Positions 10,746 to 20,197 of a stretch of DNA of 20,247 nucleotides are shown in pieces. Positions within the stretch are counted from its first letter, which is position 1, and every line of letters starts with the position of its first letter. Both the position numbers and the translations under genes were made by a program. A model generated the notes under the pieces. The model had not been told where the DNA came from and did no database searches. It saw nothing but the letters and a program-made list of their open reading frames with translations. The stretch is from Chlorokybus atmophyticus (taxonomy: Eukaryota; Plantae; Mesostigma and Chlorokybus algae), in assembly GCA_009103225.1 (NCBI GenBank), contig RHPI01001198.1:1-20247 (forward strand). Direction: 5' to 3'.

Positions 10746-11125
10746 TGTTGAGAACTAGTGATGCGCCTAGTGTGTGTGTATTTGCCTCCTACATACAAGT
10801 GTGCACACATTAAGGACAAGTGCAGCAAGCACGCCAACTATAGAGACAATGTGCGACCCACTGTATTAAGCAGTATAAAGTGTCTTAGATACTATGCTAC
10901 CAAGTACTAGTCAACTCTAGTCAACTCTGGTCAAAGTCAACACTAGTCAACACTAGTCAATGGTCAAAGTCAACGGTCAAAGTCAAAGTTGACTATGGTT
11001 GACCATAACTGCCGTAACTCCCGTAACTCTCGTAACTCCCATAACTATAAAGGTTAAGCTGATCGTACCAACTACATGTAGGCGCCGCCTATACATGTAC
11101 TTTCAACAAGCTATAACATTTAACA
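10746..11125 (-). repeat. 3' LTR (380 bp)
   Basis: Differs from 12684-13063 at only 2 positions by manual comparison. Confidence 0.97.
10909..11004. promoter_or_regulatory. Array of 12 W-box cores (TTGAC[C/T]) in the LTR; duplicated at about 12847-12942
   Basis: Ten [A/G]GTCAA plus TTGACT and TTGACC within 96 bp. The function is inferred from the motif only. Confidence 0.6.
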
Positions 11126-11135
11126 CTCCCACGCG
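11126..11135 (-). promoter_or_regulatory. Polypurine-tract position (CGCGTGGGAG) abutting the 3' LTR
   Basis: GTGGGAG lies immediately before TGTT of the 3' LTR on the minus strand. Confidence 0.6.
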
Positions 11136-11775
11136 AGCAGCTTGACCTTGAACTCCAAGTTTTTCTCGCAAGCTTACCCACATTAACTTACTCCATTGAA
11201 CACTCCCACGGATCTGTTGCTCCCACGGACTTGATGCTTGTCTCTCCATGACACCATCTTTCTCCTCATGCTGCCACCAGGACTACAAGGTTCCAATACT
11301 CCTTGTTTCCTCCTCATAGTTGTCGCATCAGGTTGCACCACGCCATGCCTGACCTTGCTCAAGTGGTTTCGAGAACTCCCTCAATGGCAAACTATGCTAT
11401 AAACTACACTAAGTTCTCTACCTTAGCAATGCTGTACCAGAGTGTAGGCCGCGCAAGGGTTGATCAGACCCTTCTATCAAGGAAAGCACCCCTCCCATCT
11501 CCTGTTAGCTAGCTACACAACTCAGTCCTTGCATGCCAATCAAATGAAGTGTTCTATCTAGTACCGCACACCTGTGTGCTACCAAAAAACAACTCCACAG
11601 CAATGCAACCTCTAGTGTATGCAGCTCAACACCAGCAACTACTCATAGGCTAGCAGTAACTCTCACAGACCTTTGTGTCTGCGACCTCCGTCTACGCATG
11701 TCCTTCACGCGCCCTTGCAGTGGGAGAGGACGGACGAACACCATCCACTGCAACTCCTTGAGGTCCTCACCAATG

Positions 11776-12561
11776 CTAGAAAGCAACTGCCATCGTGGCG
11801 TGCTCCTCCTTAATTGCCTCATCGTGGATCCTCTTCTGGCACTCGCGAATGAAGCGGCCCTTCATCTTGCAGCAGTGACACTCTTTGTCACGTGATGGCT
11901 TCCCACCACCTGCTTTGCTCCTGCTTCGTGTGTGTCGAGAAGATGAGGCAGCAAGTGCAATTGGTTCTCCACCATTCTCTATCTCCTGAACATCCAACTT
12001 GCCTTCCACAGCTAGCAGCTTAGGCACTACATCAGCAAACTTCAAAACCACATCTGAGGACTCAAACACAGTCACTAGCGTAGCAAAGCTCTTTCCTAAG
12101 CCAGCTAAGACTGCCCACATCACCTCCTCTTCCTTCACATCGTGGCCCACTGCTGCAAGGTCTTGCCAAAGCTCCCTTGCACGCGAGATGTACTTCTGGA
12201 TTGGCTCTTTGTGCTCCATCTTCAGAAGTGTCAGCTTGCGTTTCAGCTGCAACTTGCGCGAGTTGCTATTGGCCTTGAAAAGGGTGTCGAAGACCTCCCA
12301 CGCCTCACGTCCAGTCTTGCAATCCACAATAAGAGGGAGATGGAAGTCTTTGACGTGCAAGCCTATCAGCGCAAAAGCTGATTGTGAGTTCTCTGTCCAG
12401 GTACCAGTGTCACCTGTTCTTGGCCGTAATGATGTGGAGGAGGTGGGATCGACAAAACTCCAGATCTTCTTGCGGATCAGCACCAACTTCATCTTCAGTG
12501 ACCATGAAGCGTAGTTGTGCAGATCAAGGGACTCGATGGGCATCCTATCTGTGTCAGCCAT
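11776..12561 (-). CDS. gag: Copia-type Gag (UBN2-like) protein, 261 aa, with a degenerate zinc knuckle
   Basis: NYASWSLKMKLVL...W, A..LI.L.V, ..AWEV....F, ..KL.LKR.L..LKM...E.I..YISR...L...LAAVG. The knuckle CHCCKMKGRFIREC has H replaced by R. Confidence 0.88.
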   Translation of the reverse strand: MADTDRMPIESLDLHNYASWSLKMKLVLIRKKIWSFVDPTSSTSLRPRTGDTGTWTENSQSAFALIGLHVKDFHLPLIVDCKTGREAWEVFDTLFKANSNSRKLQLKRKLTLLKMEHKEPIQKYISRARELWQDLAAVGHDVKEEEVMWAVLAGLGKSFATLVTVFESSDVVLKFADVVPKLLAVEGKLDVQEIENGGEPIALAASSSRHTRSRSKAGGGKPSRDKECHCCKMKGRFIRECQKRIHDEAIKEEHATMAVAF

Positions 12562-12670
12562 TGCTTGCTACACGATAGTACAACTCACCCTCTCCCCAAG
12601 AACACTCTACTAGTAGGCGCCTATGCTCAACACTTTCTCTCACTAGCACAAGCGATTACACAAGCGAGTG

Positions 12671-12683
12671 TGGGCCCATAACC
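12671..12683 (-). promoter_or_regulatory. Primer-binding site GGTTATGGGCCCA (half-tRNAiMet type)
   Basis: Abuts the 5' LTR and matches the PBS type of Drosophila copia, which primes from an internal fragment of initiator tRNA-Met. Confidence 0.85.
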
Positions 12684-13063
12684 TGTTGAGAACTAGTGAT
12701 GCGCCTAGTGTGTGTGTATTTGCCTCCTACATACAAGTGTGCACACACTAAGGACAAGTGCAGCAAGCACGCCAACTATAGAGACAATGTGCGACCCACT
12801 GTATTAAGCAGTATAAAGTGTCTTAAATACTATGCTACCAAGTACTAGTCAACTCTAGTCAACTCTGGTCAAAGTCAACACTAGTCAACACTAGTCAATG
12901 GTCAAAGTCAACGGTCAAAGTCAAAGTTGACTATGGTTGACCATAACTGCCGTAACTCCCGTAACTCTCGTAACTCCCATAACTATAAAGGTTAAGCTGA
13001 TCGTACCAACTACATGTAGGCGCCGCCTATACATGTACTTTCAACAAGCTATAACATTTAACA
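12684..13063 (-). repeat. 5' LTR (380 bp)
   Basis: Partner of 10746-11125, followed on the minus strand by the PBS. Confidence 0.97.
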
Positions 13064-13316
13064 AGTTGCCATGTTGGAAGCTGCCCACTGTGGTCTCCTG
13101 TCTTTTGGCGCTCCCGCACTTTGGGTTTTCGCACAAGCGCGCAAATTTCGCATTAATGAGTTAGCATCAGTAGCATACGAAATGTAAGCTATGCTTTGTA
13201 TGCTAGGAGATATCTAAGTAGGATGTTGGCTTTGCCGCGCTCGTGACCCCACGAGCAAAAGAAGACTCGGCGACCGCCAGGTTTGTTGGCACGGTTGGGG
13301 GCCGAAAGGGGCGGGG

Positions 13317-13367
13317 NNNNNNNNNNNNNNNNNNNNNNNNNNNNNNNNNNNNNNNNNNNNNNNNNNN
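13317..13367. other. Assembly gap (51 N) flanked by G runs
   Basis: N run in the sequence. Confidence 1.
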
Positions 13368-13955
13368 GGGGGGGACCATGCGCCCGACCCCAAGGCTTCG
13401 AAGCGAGAGGCCTGTATTGTAATGCTAGCTATGTGCCTCCGGCTGAGCTAGAACTAGAAACTTAATCGATGAGACTCTATGTGCCTTGCGAGCAATAAGG
13501 GGATTGCAAAAATGAATGCTCTTGTCATTGGTAAAGAAGTTGCCTAAAGCGGCTAATGTGCTCACTTCCATCGTCAGTTCAACAGCCCTTGATTCATAAG
13601 CTATGTGGCATGCCTTTACATCGACAATTGTTGACTTACACTTGGTGTGTATATGAAAACACAACCCGTCCGATCATTATACGTACCAAGTTACTACAGA
13701 ACTGGTGCACAATATAAGCGCAAGTCCTATGCACAAATTATACGCACTGTCAGCTTGCATGCCTGTGTCAAGGCAGTTAGTAAAGGCCTAAATACCGTTG
13801 CTTAGGCAGTCACTTTGCTATATCACCATATCCCAAGCCGCGACGAATGTACGACAAGCAGCTTGTGGTCAACCTACCAAATAGAAGTACCTGCACTACT
13901 ACAATGCACCTGATATAGGTATACATGTATATACAACTGCAAACCACAAAGCTGC

Positions 13956-16301
13956 TCAAGGTACTCTAGACACCTGCGAAACTCTACGCTGCCTGCCCAA
14001 CACACTTTTCTCATAGTGATTGCTTCCGGTGCCAGAGTCCGGCAAGGTGATGACCTTGTCGTTCATGAACACGGTGGACACCTTGCGGTTGGTGCCGAAG
14101 ATTGAGACGCGTACCGGGTTGAGGCTCGGCTGATCGGGTGGGGAGACTAACACTCCCGCCTCAACGCTGTTATTATCACTCATGGAAGCGGTGGGGTGGA
14201 GATCAAGCAGGCTGTCCGTTGGCCTCAACGCCTCATCTGGAGCAAACGGCATGGTCATAGAGGTGGTAGCGGATGGCGCGGATGGTTCGAGCGGGATGAT
14301 TAGTCCTATCCTGTTCAGTTGAGGCTTTGGCACCGCCATGCTTGTCCTGGAATCAAGTAAATGCATGCTCAGAAGCAAGTGCCACACGTGTACACAACAA
14401 CAGGTGTGCAGAGAGTCGGACCTGCGGGATGGCTCGGGGTCGCGTGCGGCAGGCAGCGGCAGATCGAACACGCACATGCTGCGGCGGCGATTGGTCAGCT
14501 GTCCGTCTGATGCCGCATCGCCAGCTGGCACTGCGGGTGATAGAGCCGGGTCCATGATGCTGGCGCGTGGAGCTGTCGCCGGCAAAACAGGGCTGCGCAA
14601 TGCACATACACGTACACATTCAGTGCCCCATGCCCCATGATGCAATACCAAATCCACTGCGTGCGTGCGTGCGTGCGTGCATGCTTACTTCAACAACGGG
14701 CCTTTGACCAGTCGCACTCGTGGGCAGCTGTCTCCGTTGTGCAAAGACGATAGCTGCACCATGGCGCTGCGCGTGGTGTCTGTGACGGAGATGCGCCGTC
14801 TGTCCTGCTGTCTTGGCGACAGCAGCGCCGCCAGCTGGCGCGAGTCTTCAGAGGTGCGGACCTGACGAGCAAACAGCTGCTGCGAGGGCGTGAGCGTGGG
14901 GGACGTCAGCGCCGATATCCACGACACCGAGGAGGAGGAGGAGTCCTGTTGGTCCTCCTCTGCGATACGCTGCTGCGGTATCATGTGCAGCGGGGGCAAC
15001 ACCGCGCCGTGAGGCATCACACGGATGTGCGTCTCGCTGCCGCTGCTCTCCAGCTCGTCCAGACTCATGCGCCCAGGACGCATCTGTTTGTGCTTCGACT
15101 TGCTGCTCTCTCGCTCCCACGCAGCATCACTGTTGCAGACACACAGTACTTACAACACAAGCCACCATCGTGTCCACTGACTTACGCAGAACACACCACC
15201 CAACAACCCACCTCTTGTCATTAGCGCTCCCGGTGAGCATTCCTGTTCTGGCCAGCGTGGCCGCCTGCAACACGCGCTGCCTGTGCCAATCGTCTCGCAC
15301 ACGCGCAAACTTGGTCAACTGCCTCAGATCCCTGCGCCACCACATACCGTGCAATCGCGTGAGGCATAACGTTGTGGGTATGTGCTTCACTACCCAGACA
15401 CACCCACCTGTCTGATGCGATGCGCAACAAGTCGGCGAAAGCGAGCTCCTGCGTGCACACGATGGGCGAGACGGCGCGCACGGTGTGGCGCGACGTGTTC
15501 AACGACTCCGTCAGCAAGCCCTCCTCCCCGAAGAAGTCTCTAGGGCCAACTATAACGGCGGCAACGGTCTTGCCGGGCTTCTTCTTTGGCGTGACGGCGT
15601 GTGGCCGAAACTTGTCAAGCAACTTGCCGACGCCGCGGCTGAGGATGTTGCCGTTGCCACCACTGGTCTCCGTGTCCTCGTTGTCGTTGTCGATGTCGCT
15701 GCTGCCTGCGTGTAGTACCTCGCACTCGCCGGACTCGATGATGCGCAGGGCGTCGAGTGGATCGCCCTGTTTGGCGAGGACGGCATGGCGGAAGAATGTG
15801 CGCGGGGTGAGGTGGAAAGCCAACACGCGCAGGTCGGACCAACCGTTCAGCACCTCGATCCCGCGCAGGAACGCCTCCTTGCGCGAGAGAGCACCGTCGA
15901 AACCCTCCTTCAGCACGCGCACGTACTCCGCACGAGACAACGCCAGCAGACACGACCTGCGAAAGGACAACGCTGTCACACGCACCACATAACACGACAC
16001 TAACAAGTTGGCCATCATCCTGTCTCCTTACGGTTCGAGGGTGCGGACGACGGCATCCATTGGCTCGTCGGTCTCCAGCGCTGCCTCTCCGCAGCTCTGC
16101 CCAGGCTTCAGAAGCTGCCACAAGCGTGGTGTTCTCAATTCACCAGCACTAACAGCTTGCACAACAGCATGAACCACCACTCCTGCGCATGCAGACCATG
16201 CTCTACTCGCTATCTCCCTCGCCCCAATGCTGCCGACTACCCATCTCGCTGATCAAGCAACAAGTTTGCACGCGCCTGCGCATGCGCGAGTGTATGTGCG
16301 C

Positions 16302-16334
<33 letters not shown>

Positions 16335-17362
16335 TTAAGAACACCCCAATTGCGCAGTCGTTTTTCTCCTCACCATCCTGTAGCCTTGGCCGTCGGGTAG
16401 GGCAGTCCACACGGGCGGTGCGGGTGGTGCGAGCTTCGCCTCCATGATCTCGCAGAACTCGGGGAACTCGATCTCTCCGCTGCCGTCGGCGTCGACGTCC
16501 GCGATGAGCTTGGCCACCTCGTCGCCATCGATGGCGATGCCGAGACCGCGAAGCGCCTTCTCCATCTCCCCCGCGTCGATCGCACCGCTGCCGTCCGAGT
16601 CGATCGAACTGAACAGCTCCTTCAGCTCCCGCATGCGCTGCGCGACAAAACCATGCAGTGCCTGATGAGGGTCGAACAAAGACGGTAACAAACACTCACA
16701 TCACAACATAACGCCTGGTACCGCCCCTTGTGAGACTGACCACACACAACATTGTGCAGTTGCAAGTGTCAGCTACAATGCGTTGCTGGCTGTGGCAGTT
16801 GTAACAAGACACCGAACTCTTGCTGACCCTCCAATGAGTGCAACTTGGTTTACACGGGTGTCAAGCTCAAACACACCTCTTCTGCCTCGGCGTCGTCCTT
16901 TTTGGGCTCCTTGCGCCGTCTCGGCATGGTGCGGTTGCCCAAAGTGCCCATGCCGCCGCCTGGCGTGCCAGGCTCAGCGTTGGCGGCGGCGGCGATCTCG
17001 GCGAGGGCGTCCTCGCCGACGAGGCGCGTGTCGACGGTGTAGACCTCGGCGCTGCCCGCGAGCACGTGGAACCAGCACATGGGCTGCTCGCGGCTGTTGA
17101 CCTCGGCGGGGACCTCCGCGGAGCGCATGGAGAGGACGTAGCACATGTCCTTGTGCACCGTGGGCGCCATGTGGGCGAACAGAGGCAGGTTGTCCGTCTG
17201 CTTCATCAGGTGCAGCACGTCCGCCTCCGTCCTCGCCTCAGGACGCTTACGCAGCACACGACGGCAACGAGTCACCTCAGACAGGCGCTCGAGCTGCTCG
17301 TACATAGCGTTGAGCAGCTTGCTGCCCTTCATCTTGCCCCCCGGCCCCGACGAGGGCGCCAT
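13956..17362 (-). CDS. Protein with two cyclic-nucleotide-binding (cNMP) domains and an EF-hand pair, plus a low-complexity C-terminus. Exons 17362-16877, 16661-16374, 16114-16032, 15956-15408, 15331-15212, 15129-14689, 14592-14422, 14346-13956; about 842 aa
   Basis: Seven GT-AG introns give a phase-consistent 2529-nt CDS. cNMP-1: LPLF..M...VH...WFHVLAGSAEVY ... LLKPGQSCGEAAL...AVVRTLEP. EF loops DSDGSGAIDAGE and DADGSGEIEFPE. cNMP-2: LAKQGDPLDALRIIESGECEV ... GPRDFFGEEGLL...SRHTVRA. The start codon and the in-frame 75-nt last intron are uncertain. Confidence 0.8.
14659..14680. repeat. (GCGT)n microsatellite, intronic
   Basis: gcgtgcgtgcgtgcgtgcgtgc. Confidence 0.9.
16305..16334. repeat. (GCAC)n microsatellite, intronic
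   Basis: Run of gcac units upstream of attaaga. Confidence 0.9.
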
Positions 17363-17699
17363 CGCCGCCGCCGCCCTCCTCCTTCTCCTCGTCCTGGTCG
17401 CTGTCCGCTGTGGTGTTACAATCAGGGTTATCGCGTGGCGTCGCACGTGATGATGGCTCAAACGCTCGTAACGTCGACGTTAATTCCGGGCGGTCGCTTC
17501 CAGTGGCTGGATTACTTCCCTACTTGTGTCCGCGTTTCCGCAACCAGTACATGTATTCCTGCTGTGCTGACATCCTAAAACACTGCCTGATAACTGGAAG
17601 AAGAGGAACATTTGCTTCCAAGTCGAGCGGCCAAAACGGCCCATAATGCCAGCAGGCACAGCACACACATATGCAACATACGCAATCACATACATAACT

Positions 17700-17860
17700 G
17701 GCGGTGCGGCTGATTGGGAGTGTGATTGGGCCGGCCGGCCGGCCGGCATTAGGCACAAGACACACCATACCATCAGGCCGTCAGTGACATACGGCACCCG
17801 CGACTGCCGGGCTGCGCGGTATGCGCGGCCCGCCTGCCTCTCATTGGCTAGGCGGCAATT
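17700..17860 (-). promoter_or_regulatory. Putative promoter of the cNMP/EF-hand gene (three CCAAT boxes, (CCGG)4)
   Basis: ATTGG on the + strand at 17713, 17725 and 17843, and (CCGG)4 at 17731-17746, in a GC-rich patch 350-500 bp upstream of the proposed ATG. Confidence 0.35.
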
Positions 17861-17939
17861 ATTAGCTATCGGCCGTTCAATCTGTCAACAGAAATTTCGA
17901 CCGTCCAAAGCTCATCCCCATGTCATGTCTGCAACTGCT

Positions 17940-18420
17940 CAAAATATATGCGAATTATATATACTTTATTTATGATGATCCTAATAACTATATACAACTA
18001 TGACTGCATATAACATTATGCATTGTAACTTATAGTAACAAAATATATATATGTATCATTAGTGCAAAATTTATATGATATATACGCACTGATATGAGTA
18101 GTCTTATATCATACATACATTACACTATATATAAAAGAAAGATATACATATATATTATAAAATGATACATAGCATTATACACATTATATAATAACCCTAA
18201 CCCTAACCCCATTATATGCATATAATAATAACTAATATTATACATATGTAATTTTATGTGCATAATATATATAGTACATGTGATGTTTTATACATAATAT
18301 ATCCATATCATATATGATATATACATATATTACACATATATTATAAATTGCAAAAAATGAGGACAACATAATGCACATTTGGCGGCATATGATTTCACAT
18401 GGCTTATATGATCTGAACAT
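17940..18420. repeat. AT-rich low-complexity island containing a short inverted telomere-like repeat
   Basis: Strongly AT-rich, with AT/ATAC runs; TAACCCTAACCCTAACCCC at 18192-18210. Confidence 0.8.
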
Positions 18421-18452
18421 GTCCCACATGTACTAAGATAATACGCGAAGTA

Positions 18453-20197
18453 CAAGGGTCAAGTGCCCTAACTTGGGGATGTTTTTGGGTTTGGGTTTTA
18501 AGGGTTTTGCGGCGACTTAGGTAGGTTTTGGCGGACATGTATATAAGTGATCTATTCACAAAAGTATCTGCTACGCATTAATTAATTTTCTGCGATTTAT
18601 GGATAAGTATTGCATAAGTTACAGCGCGCCAAAGTAGGAGGTGTGAGGGCTGTCACCCCTAAAGTGCCCGAGCCCTATCTTGGGGACTCGAAGCAGGCTG
18701 AGAAGGCTCAGCTTCAAGTTGCTAAAGCCTCTCTGCTATTTCATCCGCATTGAGGAGCTCTGCAGTTTTAAAGCTACACTTTCTCTTTAATGGTGCCTCG
18801 GTGTTTGGGGCGCAGTCCTCCTTGCTGTTGTCATTGTTGTCCTCGTTGTTATTGTTGTTATTTGCATCTTAATTGCCAACCTCTATCGCTTCTAGCAGAC
18901 ATGAGAGGCCTGGAGGTGGGGGAGGTGCCTCTGTGAAATACTTGTTCAGTGCATGCTTATTTAGCGACCACAAGCCACATGCACGGAAGCCCGAGATGAT
19001 GTTGGCAGGTGACAGCCCTGCATAATAAGGTTGGACGAGCAAGGTTAGGAACTCCTTCCTGCTGAGATCCACGTTTTGTCTCCTGCCTCTTCCTGTACTC
19101 CTTCCTATAACACTTCTTGAAGGGGTGGAAGCAGGAGACGTCCGGTACTTGCAGACGATGGATTGTGTGTGGTGGCAAGACGAGGATGTGCAGGCCCTTG
19201 TCTTGTGCATAGCGTATCTGGGTGGGTTGTATCTGCTCACATGTCCGTCCACAACTACCAGAGCAGGCTTGGAAGGGCTGACTCCTCCTGGCATCCACTA
19301 CGCAAGCTTCATGATCCAGATCTCGAAGATGTTCGTGGTCATCAAGGCGTTCTCCTGAGCTGCAAAGCGCGCACCCGGAACATCAAAGTCCTTGTTGTCT
19401 AATGTCAGCCGCTGCCCCTTGACAATCACCAGCGGGGAAACAGCCAGTCCTGCTCCAGTAACAGCGCACATCAAGGTTATGTGTTCTCTGCTACCAGTTG
19501 TTGCAGCTTGCGCCCACCTTGCCCCATTGCACATGCACATAACATGCAAGTTAGTTGTGTGCATTGTCATGTTTGCGTACATGTTTACTACATGTGCATG
19601 TCACTAACCGCACACCTTTCGCAGATTACTTTTTAGTTCTGCATGGATGTGTCTGGTTCGATGCCAACTTCATCAACGGAAATGATCCTCTTCCAGGCCA
19701 ACACCCAGCTGCCGAACAGTCTCTGCAAGAAGATTAAAATAGTGGTACTCCACCTTTTTGTTGAGACACACCCTTCTACATGCATTAAGGGACTCAGCCT
19801 TGCTGGAGACCAACTTCTTCCTCTCTTTGAGTCCGCGAAACCACTTGTACCCAGGTACTCCATTCTTGCACAGTGCTGCTCTGGCATCTCCAACCAATTT
19901 TCAGCTTCAATGCACACTTCTGTCCACGTTACAGCACGCCCCCACTTGTTACGCAATATCAACCACTTTCCAATGCTACTCAGCTTCAGTTAAGATGGTT
20001 GCAGCACCAGAGTTCCTATCATGCACAAACAACACTTAGCACGCAATTTAACATGCACGTGCACAAAACTGTTGGCTAAACACACAAACATTTGTGCAGT
20101 CATATGCAGCTAGCAGGTTGCTTACCTATACATGGAAATGTCTAGCTGAGCAAGGAACCTTCTCATGGTGGTGTCAGGGATGCCAACCTCCTTAACA
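18453..20197 (-). mobile_element. Decayed pogo-like (Tc1/mariner superfamily, DDE_1) DNA transposon, truncated at its 5' end
   Basis: Transposase relic plus a candidate terminus TA|CAAGGGTCAAGTGCCCTAACTTGGGGA at 18453, whose core recurs at 18672-18686 (14/15 match). The left boundary is inferred. Confidence 0.7.
18869..20197 (-). pseudogene. pogo/DDE_1 transposase pseudogene (HTH-psq remnant, CENP-B-type HTH, DDE domain)
   Basis: Across frames: VKEVGIPDTTMRR; (intron 20125-20016); GAATILTEAE; KWL...GRAVT; GYKWFRGLKER; IISVDEVG; GSREHITLMCAVTGAG..SPLVIVKG; ENALMTTNIF; PALVVVDGHVS; LPPHTIHRLQVPDVSCFHPFK; IISGFRACGL. Several frameshifts and stops. Confidence 0.9.

Larger units (their letters stand above)
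10746..13063 (-). mobile_element. Non-autonomous Ty1/copia-type LTR retrotransposon (gag only, 2318 bp)
   Basis: Two 380-bp LTRs (TGTT...AACA), TSD AGTTG (10741-10745 and 13064-13068), PBS GGTTATGGGCCCA, short PPT and a gag ORF. No integrase, RT or RNase H is recognisable. Confidence 0.95.

Noticed and set aside
10720-13090. Similar GGAAGC(T)GCCCAC[A/T]GTG motifs on both sides of the LTR element as a long TSD
   Set aside because: They are imperfect and not adjacent to the LTR ends; the exact 5-bp AGTTG explains the insertion.
14327-17578. Plus-strand ORFs opposite the cNMP/EF-hand gene
   Set aside because: Shadow frames with no motifs; the minus-strand spliced model explains the region.
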